A DNA stretch of 64,000 bases, taken from a virus (taxonomy: Duplodnaviria > Caudoviricetes). Of the stretch, positions 39,687-50,200 are shown one piece after another (positions within the stretch are counted from its first letter, which is position 1; each line of letters begins with the position of its first letter). The stretch is taken from IMG/VR virus record IMGVR_UViG_3300016476_001378; one strand, 5' to 3'. The notes under the pieces were generated by a model. The model ran no database searches. It had not been told where the DNA came from and saw nothing but the letters and a program-made list of their open reading frames with translations. Made by a program: the position numbers and the translations under genes.

Positions 39687-41201
39687 TTAATCAGTTCTTC
39701 TCCTGGAACGGTCTGTATCTTTAAAACCTAAAACCCAACCACGGCTTACTGCTGTACTTGCAGTGGTGTAATTTATATTAAATCCAGGTCTTGTATCAAA
39801 ATTAGAAACGGTACCAACGATTTGGTCAGTACCTGTTGTTTTGCCCACTACTATGGCTGTTGAGGATAGCCTACTCCAAACCTGAGAAGCTGCGGTCCCA
39901 GTGTCAAACATACCATAAGTAAAACAAAATTGATTTGGTTTTGAAAATGTAAACTGAGCATTAGTAATTGCTACTGCAGCGTTTGCGGCAAGGGTCAAAG
40001 AAGTATTACTCGCCACAGAACTAACTGTGCCGATTGTAGCACCTGCAAGATTATAGATAATATCTCCTTGCCTTAAATCACGAAATGTTGTACTTGCACC
40101 AGTTACAGCAGTTGTGCCAGTTGCAGATGTAGCAGTGCCTACACCAATAGTAAGAGGTGACGTAGTTCTTTGAGAGGCGAAAACATTAAAAGATTCACAT
40201 GCTGGGGTCGTGCTAGAAATAGTGTTTGCCGTCGGAGTTCCAACTATTCCACCTATAACAGCTTGAACTCTTGAACCAGTTGTGCCAAAATAATTATATT
40301 GGTCACCTGTAGCTGTTGCAGATGTTAGATCTAGGAGCATGAAATCATTACCACTTTGTCCCTTTAAAGCCATCCACATAAGATTATTGTAAGCAGTAGT
40401 AATTGTATTATTAGTAGTAATTGTAAAACCGGCAGCACCCCATGTCGTCAAATTAAAATCAACCCAAGAAGCAGTAGTGTTAAAAAGACCACCAATAGAG
40501 TTATTATCAGAATAAGTATAATCTGCTCTCGTAGTTCCCGAATCCACTCTAAAGCCTATGGATTTTTGAGTTGATGTTGGAAGCCTCACGGCAGCGCCAA
40601 AACAAATTCTCAGTTCATTGGCTACTCCAGCATTTAAAATAGTACTATTGAAGCCAGCTATAACACAGTCTGGAGCAAAATTTAAAGTAGATACAGAAGC
40701 TGTGCCAGCTGGTGCAGTAGCTATAGCTAACATGCCACAACCAGCAGTCAAATCACTGCCTGTAAAGAATATAAACACACAATCTAAGTTAATGTTAGTT
40801 TGAGGAGTTGAAGCAGCAAACGTTAAAGAAGCTGTATCTGCAGAAAATGATACGGCTGTGCATTCATAATATATCGTACTTCCGGCAGCATTAAATGGTC
40901 GCATAAATCTAGTGTTTGAATTTTGCCTTCGACCTGCAGCAGTAGTAACGTTATCTGTCATGCATTGCCATTGTGTAAATACACCTATAGTAGATGTGCC
41001 ATCCCCAGGAGGACCAGCAAAACCTATACCAAAATTCCTAACAGCTGTTGTTGTATCATAGGCATTTATATTAGCATTGGCCTCCATATAAATTACAATA
41101 CAGGCTTTAGGGGTGCCAAAGTTTGGTTCAGTTCTTACAGTAACAGTACCAACAACAGCTTCACCAGTATAAATTCTTCTATGCACTACGCAAACCTTCA
41201 A
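39687..41201 (-). CDS. Virion/tail-associated structural protein
   Basis: Thr/Gly-rich; TTAVTG.ST.F..L.QG.I.Y...G..IGTVS....TSL.L module shared with the N-terminus of the 3554-aa protein. Confidence 0.7.
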   Translation of the reverse strand: MKVCVVHRRIYTGEAVVGTVTVRTEPNFGTPKACIVIYMEANANINAYDTTTAVRNFGIGFAGPPGDGTSTIGVFTQWQCMTDNVTTAAGRRQNSNTRFMRPFNAAGSTIYYECTAVSFSADTASLTFAASTPQTNINLDCVFIFFTGSDLTAGCGMLAIATAPAGTASVSTLNFAPDCVIAGFNSTILNAGVANELRICFGAAVRLPTSTQKSIGFRVDSGTTRADYTYSDNNSIGGLFNTTASWVDFNLTTWGAAGFTITTNNTITTAYNNLMWMALKGQSGNDFMLLDLTSATATGDQYNYFGTTGSRVQAVIGGIVGTPTANTISSTTPACESFNVFASQRTTSPLTIGVGTATSATGTTAVTGASTTFRDLRQGDIIYNLAGATIGTVSSVASNTSLTLAANAAVAITNAQFTFSKPNQFCFTYGMFDTGTAASQVWSRLSSTAIVVGKTTGTDQIVGTVSNFDTRPGFNINYTTASTAVSRGWVLGFKDTDRSRRRTD

Positions 41202-41202
41202 T

Positions 41203-44200
41203 TTATCTCTCCTCTACAATAAGTTGTACAAAGAAGTTCGCATGGGTAGTGTTTAAGCTTGTAAAGTTCACTCTAAGTTTAGTGCCAGAACTTAATGTTG
41301 TAGTGGAAAAACCTGTTGAAGTAAACTCATAAGTAGAAGCACCAGTGACACTTAAAGCTGAAGATAATAAGTTTGTTGCAGAAAAAGCTGTAGTACCAGT
41401 GTAGTACTCAACTTGAACAGCCGATGTGCCTGAAGATGGAGTCTCAACTCTGACATTTAATTCTCTAGGTACATAATAACTTGGATTGCCTGCATTGTCA
41501 GAATTGTCAGGTAATCTGAGTATAACTGAATCTGCTCCAGTTGTAGCCGGGGTATAACCTGTACAGAATGTAAGAAGGACAGTCTTGTGGGCGCCAGCAA
41601 CTTGATACCACGAAGTTGTGGATGCAGCCATGAATGTGTGTGCTCTATTGATTGATAATAACTCAGCGTTTGCAGAGTCATCTATCGTTGAGCCAGATTG
41701 TGGATAAATATAAATAGGGTTTGTTGACCTATTGACAACTGTTATCATTCTACCCGTTGTTGCGGCTGGGAGAATAACACCATTGAATGGTTCAGTGGTT
41801 GCAGAAGATGAGGTGACTACATTGTAATCACTAGTTAGGGCTGTGGCAGTGCCGGATGTAGTGCCTGCTGCAGTCACAGAAGCAGATGTGGTTACAACTG
41901 CTGCTGATAATGTTTTATTTGTAAGTGTCTGAGTTGCATCAGTGCCAACCATGGTGGTTGTTGCATCTGGAATCGTAATAGTTCTTGTGTTGCCAGCTGT
42001 AATACTCGCTGCATCAAATTTAAATTTCTTAGTGGTTGTAGTTGAGTTCTGGAATGTTACACCTGTATCAGATAAACCTGTGATGCTTGTAAAACCACTA
42101 CTATCAACTGTAAGAACATCTCCACCAGAAGTTGACACAGTGAAGATACTTGCACTCTGTGATGCAGCTCCAACTACCTTTAATGGGCTTGTAGACGCAC
42201 CTTGTGCTGTGATTGTAAGATGTGTACCAGTTGCTGAATAAACAAGGGCTGGTGCAGATGCAGTAGTTGTGACACCTGAGTAATAAGCCAATTGGTTTGC
42301 AGTACCAGAACTAACTGTACCACCGCCACCACCGCCTGTAGCATCATTTGCCCATGCCAAAGTAATATCTGAACCAGAAACAGCCGAGACGGATAAAATC
42401 TGACTTGTAGATGGAGCAGTTGTTGGCAGTGTATAGTTAAAGTCACTTGTTTGTGCTCCAGCCTTAAAGAATGAAGCGTTTGTTCCTGCGCCAGCACCAG
42501 AATAAGCATAAAGGCCCAGGCCCTTAGTAGTGTCCAAAGCCATTCTGTTGGTAAAGGACGCAGTTGTACTGGTTGTGCTTGAACTCTTCCAAACTAATGC
42601 ATGACTAGGAGTAGCTGCAGTTGTTTGCAATTCCTCTCTAAATTTTGCATAATAACTAGCACCAGCGGTCCAGAATCTACCTGCAAAATCTACTGCAGGG
42701 GAATAATGGTTTGGTATAGAGGTACTTGGTGCAGTATTATTTGCTAATTCCAACGCAGCAGTTGATGTAGTTTGAATGCTAGTAGATGCAGTCAATGTCA
42801 AAAGCGCAGTAGTATAATTATAAGCAAAGTACGAAGTACCAGCAAACGTTGTACCACCACTGTTGTACTGGACATTAGTATCTGAACCACCTGGTACAGC
42901 ACTAGAGCCAACGCCAGATGAAGCAATTGTAATTGTGCCTGCACCATGTGTAATTGTAATGTTGGAACCTTGAACTAATTGCTTGTACTCTAAGGCAGAA
43001 CCACCACTGTTCATGCCAAGGATGTAGTTTCCAGTACCACCTGATGTTAAACCTGTTCCACCATTTGCAAGACCTAATGTCTGAGACCATTGAGGTGCTG
43101 AACCTGTAGAGGTGAGGAAATAACCAGACGTCGCTGCTATGCCTAACTTAGTAAGAGCAGTAGTTGAAGATGTAGAATTGTAATATAAAATGTCGCCATT
43201 AGAATAAGTTGATTGCCCAGTTCCACCATCTGCAAGAGCTACGTCTGTCCCACCTGCTCTATAAACATAAGAGCCCCCAATTGTTACTGCTGTTGGTATG
43301 TCAGTAGAGACAGATGGTACACCAGAACCATTTGTTACTAAAACACCAGAGACAGTAGTTGCCAGTGTTGCAAGAGCACTACCAGTATAATAAATGAGGC
43401 CATTAGTAGTTGCGAATGATGAAGTTGCTGTACCACCATTTGTCAATCCAAGAATGCCAGAAACAGCATTACTTGAGCCTAAACTAATTGCACCCCAAGA
43501 TGGAGCACCAGTTCCACCACCAGATTTTAAAACTTGATCTGTAGAACCAGCAGCAGTTACAAGAACTGATGTAGCAGCATTGCCATAAAGAACGCCATAC
43601 TGGGTAAAGGTTGTAGTTCCCAAGCCACCATTAGCAAGTGGTAATGTTCCTGTTACCATGCTTGTCAAATTAACTTGGGCAAAACTTGGAGCACTGGCAC
43701 CACCGCCAACCAGGACTGTAGTTGTTGCACCTGTTCCTAATGTTGCAAGTTTTGAGTTGGCATTATCAAAATAAACAATGGCATTAGATGTAGTTAATGA
43801 TGTTGTTCCAATACCACCTCTGCCGATAGCTAAACTACCTGTCCAACCCAGAGCATGAGTGTTTGTGCCAGTATTAGTTGTAATTGTTACGTTTGTATCA
43901 TTTGAGAATGTCTGCGAAGCACCTGTTGCAGAGTTCAATGATGTAATACCACCACCAGATGTGCCTAACTGGTCTGTTGCCCATGACAGGGTAACAACAC
44001 CTGTGGTAGAAGGTGCAGAGGCAGATAATAATTGGCCAGAACCTGGAGCGCCTGAAGGCCAAACATAAGTGTAAGATGTAGTAATTGCATCTGGGGCTTT
44101 AAATGCAATGTATTCAGATCCATTTGCTGCTAATTCTGAGAATCTTAATTCAAATGTGTTGCCCGCAGATGCTCCATGTGGCCCCAAATTGATGTTTGTT

Positions 44201-47200
44201 GTGCCCAGTGTTACTAAACTAGTGCCTGAGTTATTTTGAACATCAATGTAGTTGCCAGTTTGTGACGAAGAACCGCGAATTACAAGACCCTTGCCAGATG
44301 CTGTGCCTGTCAATATTCTCAAAGCGGCTGCTTCAGTTAAGGTTGCATTAGTTCCAGCTGTTGGTGCACCATCAATTTGGAATGTTGCAGCATTTGTTAC
44401 TGTACTAGCACCTGAGAAGGCATAGGTGGCAGGAGCAATTCTGAATGTTCTAAGTGTTGCAATAGCACCTGTTGCAAAAGTTTTAGTTTGACCAAAGTTG
44501 AAATAAACATCACTGTATTCTGTAGCAGTATTAAGTGCTGTATGTGCTGCGCCTGTTACTAAAAGTGCTGTTGCGGGTGTTGTAGCAGATGTTGCCAATG
44601 ATGTAAATGTCGCTCCACCAAATGCACCTACGGAGCCTAGTACTGTACCTGCAGATGTTGAATAAATCTGGAAAAGATCTGCAGTCTGTGATGTGGCGCC
44701 GACTAATCTTAAAGGAGATGTGGCAGCACCCTGGGCAGTAATTGTAAGATGCTGGTTTGACGCAGAGTAAGCCAGAGCTGTAGCGGTTGTTACTGCGCCT
44801 GTTGTAGTTGCACCACTTGTTAAAATTGTGTTTGTAGTAAATGATGATGTTCCTGTGCCACCATTTGTGACTCCAAGAATGCCTGTTACAGCGTTGGAAC
44901 TTCCAAGCGGCAGAGCAGCAAAAGCAGGGGCCCCAGTTGTTCTTGCAAGCAATGGAGCATCGGTAGAGCCTGCACCTGTTGAAGCATACTGGGATGTTGA
45001 TGTAGCAAAGATCACGCCCCATTGAGTTGGTGCTGTAGATGTGCCTGTTCCACCATAGCCGACAGCTATTGTAGTTCCATTCCATGTGCCAGAATTGATT
45101 ATGCCTGTACTACTTATGTTAAATACAGTACCACCAGAAGTAGCAACTGTAAATAAATCTGCTGTTTGGCTAGTTGCTCCAACAAGTTTTAATGGGTTGT
45201 TTCCAACTGCCTGAGCAGTAATTGTAAGATGAGATGTAGTTGTTGCAGTGGAATAAACCATACTTGCAGCAGATGCTGTAGTAGTTGTGCCAGAATAATA
45301 AGCTATTTGGTTTGCTGTACCAGATCCAACAGTACCTGAGCCACCTGATGTTGCGTTAATTGTAATAGAACCATTTCCATTGGTGATAGAAATGTTAGTA
45401 CCAGCCGTTAATGTTGCCTTAGTTAGCGTGTTGCCTGAAGAGTTACCAATTAAAAGTTGGCCATCTGTGTATGTTGTTTGGCCTGTGCCGCCATTTGTAA
45501 CTGCAAGAGTACCAGAAACAGCATTGCTTGAGCCTAAACTAATTGCGCCCCAGGAAGGCGCGCCAGATCCACCGCCAGACTTCAATACCTGATCAGTAGA
45601 ACCAGCAGCAGTATAAGCCAAAGCTGTTGTAGATAAACCGTAAGTTACACCATACTGTGTAGGTGCAGTGGATGTGCCTGTACCACCTCTGCCAACAGCT
45701 AATGTGCCCGACCAGCCTAAAGTATGTGTTGATGTTACAGAGCTGATTGTTACGTTTGTATCATTTGCAAATGATTGTGAAGCAGCACTTAAGCCGTTAA
45801 GTGATGTAATGCCACCACCGGATGTACCCAATTGGTCTGTTGCCCAAGACAATGTAACAACACCACTAACAGGCGCAGAAGCAGATAATAATTGACCAGC
45901 AGATGGAGCACCAGAGGGCCAAACATAGGTGTAATTTGTGGTAACAGAATCAGGCCCCTTAAATCCAATGTAATTGGAACCATTGGCGGCCAATTCCATG
46001 AATCTTAATTCATAGGTGCTGCCAGCAGTAGTGCCGTATGGGTATAGAGCAAGGTCAGTATTGTCAAATCTTGCTCTTTCAACAAGTGTTGTAGTACCCG
46101 TGTCATTAGTTTTAATTGATAAGGCGCCAACATAAGTTGTACTTCCAGCATCTGAAAGAATACCATCTAATCCAATGGTATTTACAACTGTACCACCTGC
46201 ATGCTCTTGCCTATAAGAAATTCTAGCACCAATACCTGCAGCAGCAGTTCCTGATGTTGATCTTTCAATATTAAGAACATCTGTAACAGTGTTAGTGGTA
46301 GCATCTTCAATTCTTTTTGCGCTTAAAGGAAACCCTTCTGTTGCACTATTGACATTAAAACCAACTCCAGTTGATTCATCACAGCCAAATCCAAAGTATC
46401 CAAATCCGTCATATCCTCTACCAATGGACCAGAAATATCTATCTGCTGTATTGTTACCATTGGTTCTAAAACCTGTTCGCAAACCTCTTTGTCCAGCGTA
46501 ACCGCCAGTGATGGTCATGTTGCCGCCGTTAGCAACATAGAACAAATCGTCTTGGTTTGAAGATGTACCTAGGATTTGGAGTTTAGCACCAACACCACTA
46601 CCAGTGGATGCGACATTAATTAAACTTGTGCCAGAAGAGTTTTGAACATCAAATAGGTTTGCAGATTGTGATGCAATGCCTTTTAAGAGGAGAGGTGTAT
46701 TACCTACAGCTTGCGATGTAATAGTCAAATGCGCAGTTGTTGTTGCACTAGAATAAATTAATGCGGCAGCACCACCGAATGAGCTACTGTTATTAAACTG
46801 AATTTGCCCATTAGAGCCACCTGGAGATGCTGCTACAGTTCCCCAAGAAGCGCTGGTGCCATCTGTGGTTAAGTACTTACCACCATTGCCTGTTTGGGCA
46901 GGCAATAATGCGTTGATGGCGCTTGTGGCTGTTGTTGACCCCGTACCGCCGTTGGAAATTGGTAGAGTTCCTGTTATAGCATTAGTTGAGCTTAAATTAA
47001 TGGCCCCCCAAGAAGGTGCTCCTGATCCACCACCAGATTTTAATACTTGATCTGTTGAACCAGCCGCAGTTACAAGAACTGATGTTGCGGCGTTGCCATA
47101 AAGTATACCATACTGAGTAAATGTGGTTGTTCCTAAACCACCATTGCCCAGTGGCAATGTACCAGTGACCATATTTGTCAAGTTGACTTGAGCAAAACTT

Positions 47201-50200
47201 GGGGCACTAGCTCCGCCGCCAACTAAAACTGTAGTTGTAGCACCTGTGGCCAAAGAGGTAAATCTACTGTTACCATTATCAAAATAAATGAGGCCATTGT
47301 TATTAGCATACGATGTAGTGCCTGTGCCGCCTTTGTTTAAAGCGATTGTACTTGCACTCCAAGTACCTGTTGTGACAGTTCCCAGTGTATCTATAGAAGT
47401 TTGGCCTACATAAGTTGCAGAAATTTGTATAGTATCTGTGTTGACTGTAATACCTGTCCCAGCTCCAATGTCAATGGTATTACCAGTTTTTGTGAGACCT
47501 GCGCCTGCTGTAATCTGTCCTGCACCAGAGAATTGAGTGAAGTTGATAGCATCAGAACCAATAGCGATTAATGTCGTATGTGTATCAGTGGTACAAACCC
47601 AAGCAGAATCTGCATAAAGCGAACCTGTTTGCACGAACGTAAACGTACCGCCCTCTAATTCAATATTGTCATCTGTATCAGTTGCTCTTGTAAGCTTCCA
47701 CTTAGAGCCAACTCCACCAACAGAAGTGACAGTATAAATACCATTCATTACATTGGTGCCACCAGTAGGTGTTGTGGTCACACCATTGATGTTGTATGTG
47801 GTTGTAGAAGCACCTGACGCGACGAGAACTCTATCGCCAACTATCAAACTTTGACTATCAAAGTATGTTGTAGACAGTGCTTCATTATTTACAGATTCAA
47901 TGTAAGAACCAGACGCCGAAGAGCCACTTGTTGTACTAGGGGCTTGAGTTTGGAAGTATAATACTGATGTACCAATCGCCGCGAGTCCAGAAGTCGCCTT
48001 TACAGACTCATGAAGGTCCAAACCTTGCTGGAATGAGTCAACATAGTATTTTGTTGCAGCATCTTGTGGCTGCGTGGGTTCACCAACATTTTGTATTCTG
48101 TTGCCAGCAAAACTAATTGTACTATTGGTTGTATTAGATGTATTGCCAATAGTAATTGCCGTTGTAGATGTAGCTACTCCACCAGTTCCAATATTTATAG
48201 TTTTTGTCTGGCCAGAAGACAAAACGCCTGTCGCAAAATTAAATGTTGCAGTAGAAGTAGTCCCAAACACAGTTCCTGTGGTCGCCGCTGCAAATGCAGT
48301 TACTGTTGTTGGCTCTGCAAGGAATGCCACTGTACCAGTGGTGCCTGTAAAGTTTGTGGCATTGGTAAATGTCACAGTAGTGTTTCTGATTGTTGTGGTG
48401 CCAGTTGAAGAACCTATAGTCAATGCTGTAGCAGAACCAAAGATCGTTGCTGTGGTGGCTGCTCCAAACACAGCAAGCGAAGCAGGATTGGCAGCTGAGA
48501 AAACAGTGGCTAAACCAGATGAACCACTAATAACAGTTGCATTCGGGAACGAAACTGTTGTGTTGCTGATTGTTGCAGTTCCAGTTGAAGAACCGAGACT
48601 TAAAGCAGTGGCGGCACCAAAGATTGTTGCTGTTGTAGCGGCTCCAAACACAGCCAAAGAGGCTGGGTTAGCGGCTGAAAAGACTGTAGCAAGACCAGTA
48701 GAACCACTAATGACAGTTGCATTGGGGAATGAAACTGTAGTATTGCTGATTGTTGCAGTTCCAGTCGAAGAACCCAAGCTTAAAGTTGTTGCTGAAGTTG
48801 CGCTAAACGTAGTAGCATTATTTGCCGTAAATGACGAACTTAAAACAGCAACTGTACCACTTACTGCAGTTGTGCCTATGTTTGATGTTGCCATGTTGAC
48901 AGTGAATGTGCCTGTAGAAGCACCCACATTAACATTCGAAGCGCCAGCACCTGTGCCACCAGTTCCTATGTTGACCGTCTTTGCGTTGGCCCCATTATTA
49001 CCAGATGCTAAATTTAATGTAGAAGCAGCAGTTGTGTTAGACAATGTAAGTGATGTGGATTCACCAAACATTGTAATAGCAGCTGTAGTTCCTGTAATGG
49101 ATGTTACATTTGGCAACGCCAATGTTGCATTTCTTACGGTTGCAGTGCCTGAAGTAGTTCCTAATGTTAAAGCTGTTGCAGAGCCAAAAATTGTTGCTGT
49201 AGTAGCCGCCCCAAACACAGCAAGAGATGCTGGGTTTGCAGAAGAAAAGACAGTTGCGAGACCGGATGAGCCATTAATTGTTGTAGCATTAGGGAAATCT
49301 ATAGTGGCATTTCTAATGGTACCTGTACCCGATGTTGCACCTAAAGTAAGAGTTGCAGCAGAACCAAAAATTGTTGCTGTAGTAGCGGCTCCAAATACTG
49401 CGAGAGATGCAGGATTGGCTGCCGAAAAGACTGTGGCCAAACCAGAAGAGCCACTGATGGTAGTAGCATTAGGGAAATCTATAGTAGCGTTTCTAATCGT
49501 ACCAGTACCAGATGTTGCACCTAATGTTAAAGTTGTTGCTGCTCCAAAAATTGTTGCAGTAGTAGCGGCCCCAAAAACTGCCAAAGAGGCAGGGTTGGCT
49601 GCTGAAAAAACTGTTGCCAGGCCAGATGAACCGCTAATTGTTGTAGCATTAGAGAAATCTATAGTGGCATTTCTAATAGTGCCTGTACCCGATGTTGCTC
49701 CCAGTGTAAGGGTTGTAGCAGAGCCAAAAATTGTTGCTGTTGTGGCCGCGCCAAATACTGCAAGAGAAGCGGGGTTAGCTGCTGAAAAGACAGTTGCAAG
49801 ACCAGTAGAACCACTAATGGTTGTAGCATTAGGGAAATCTATAGTAGCATTTCTAATCGTACCAGTACCAGATGTGGCCCCCAAAGTAAGGGTAGTAGCA
49901 GAACCAAATACGGTTGCTGAGGTAGCACTGCCGAGGAATGTGACAGTTCCAGATGTTCCTGTAAATGAAGTAGCGTTAGGGAAAGCAACAGTGGTATTAT
50001 TAATTGTTGCCGTGCCTGTTGAAGAACCAAGCCCCAAAGAAGTGGCACCACCACCTATATTAAGTGTGGTCACATTGGCATTTAATACATTTAAGGAGGC
50101 CGTGGCTGATGTAATGTCACCAGAAATAGCCAGTGCAGAAATGTTTGTAGTTGCTAAATAAGATGTACCCTGTACACCTATACCACCTGTAACTTTTAAT

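Noticed and set aside
49195-49915. CRISPR array
   Set aside because: Repeats are in-frame coding units with no unique spacers; no cas genes
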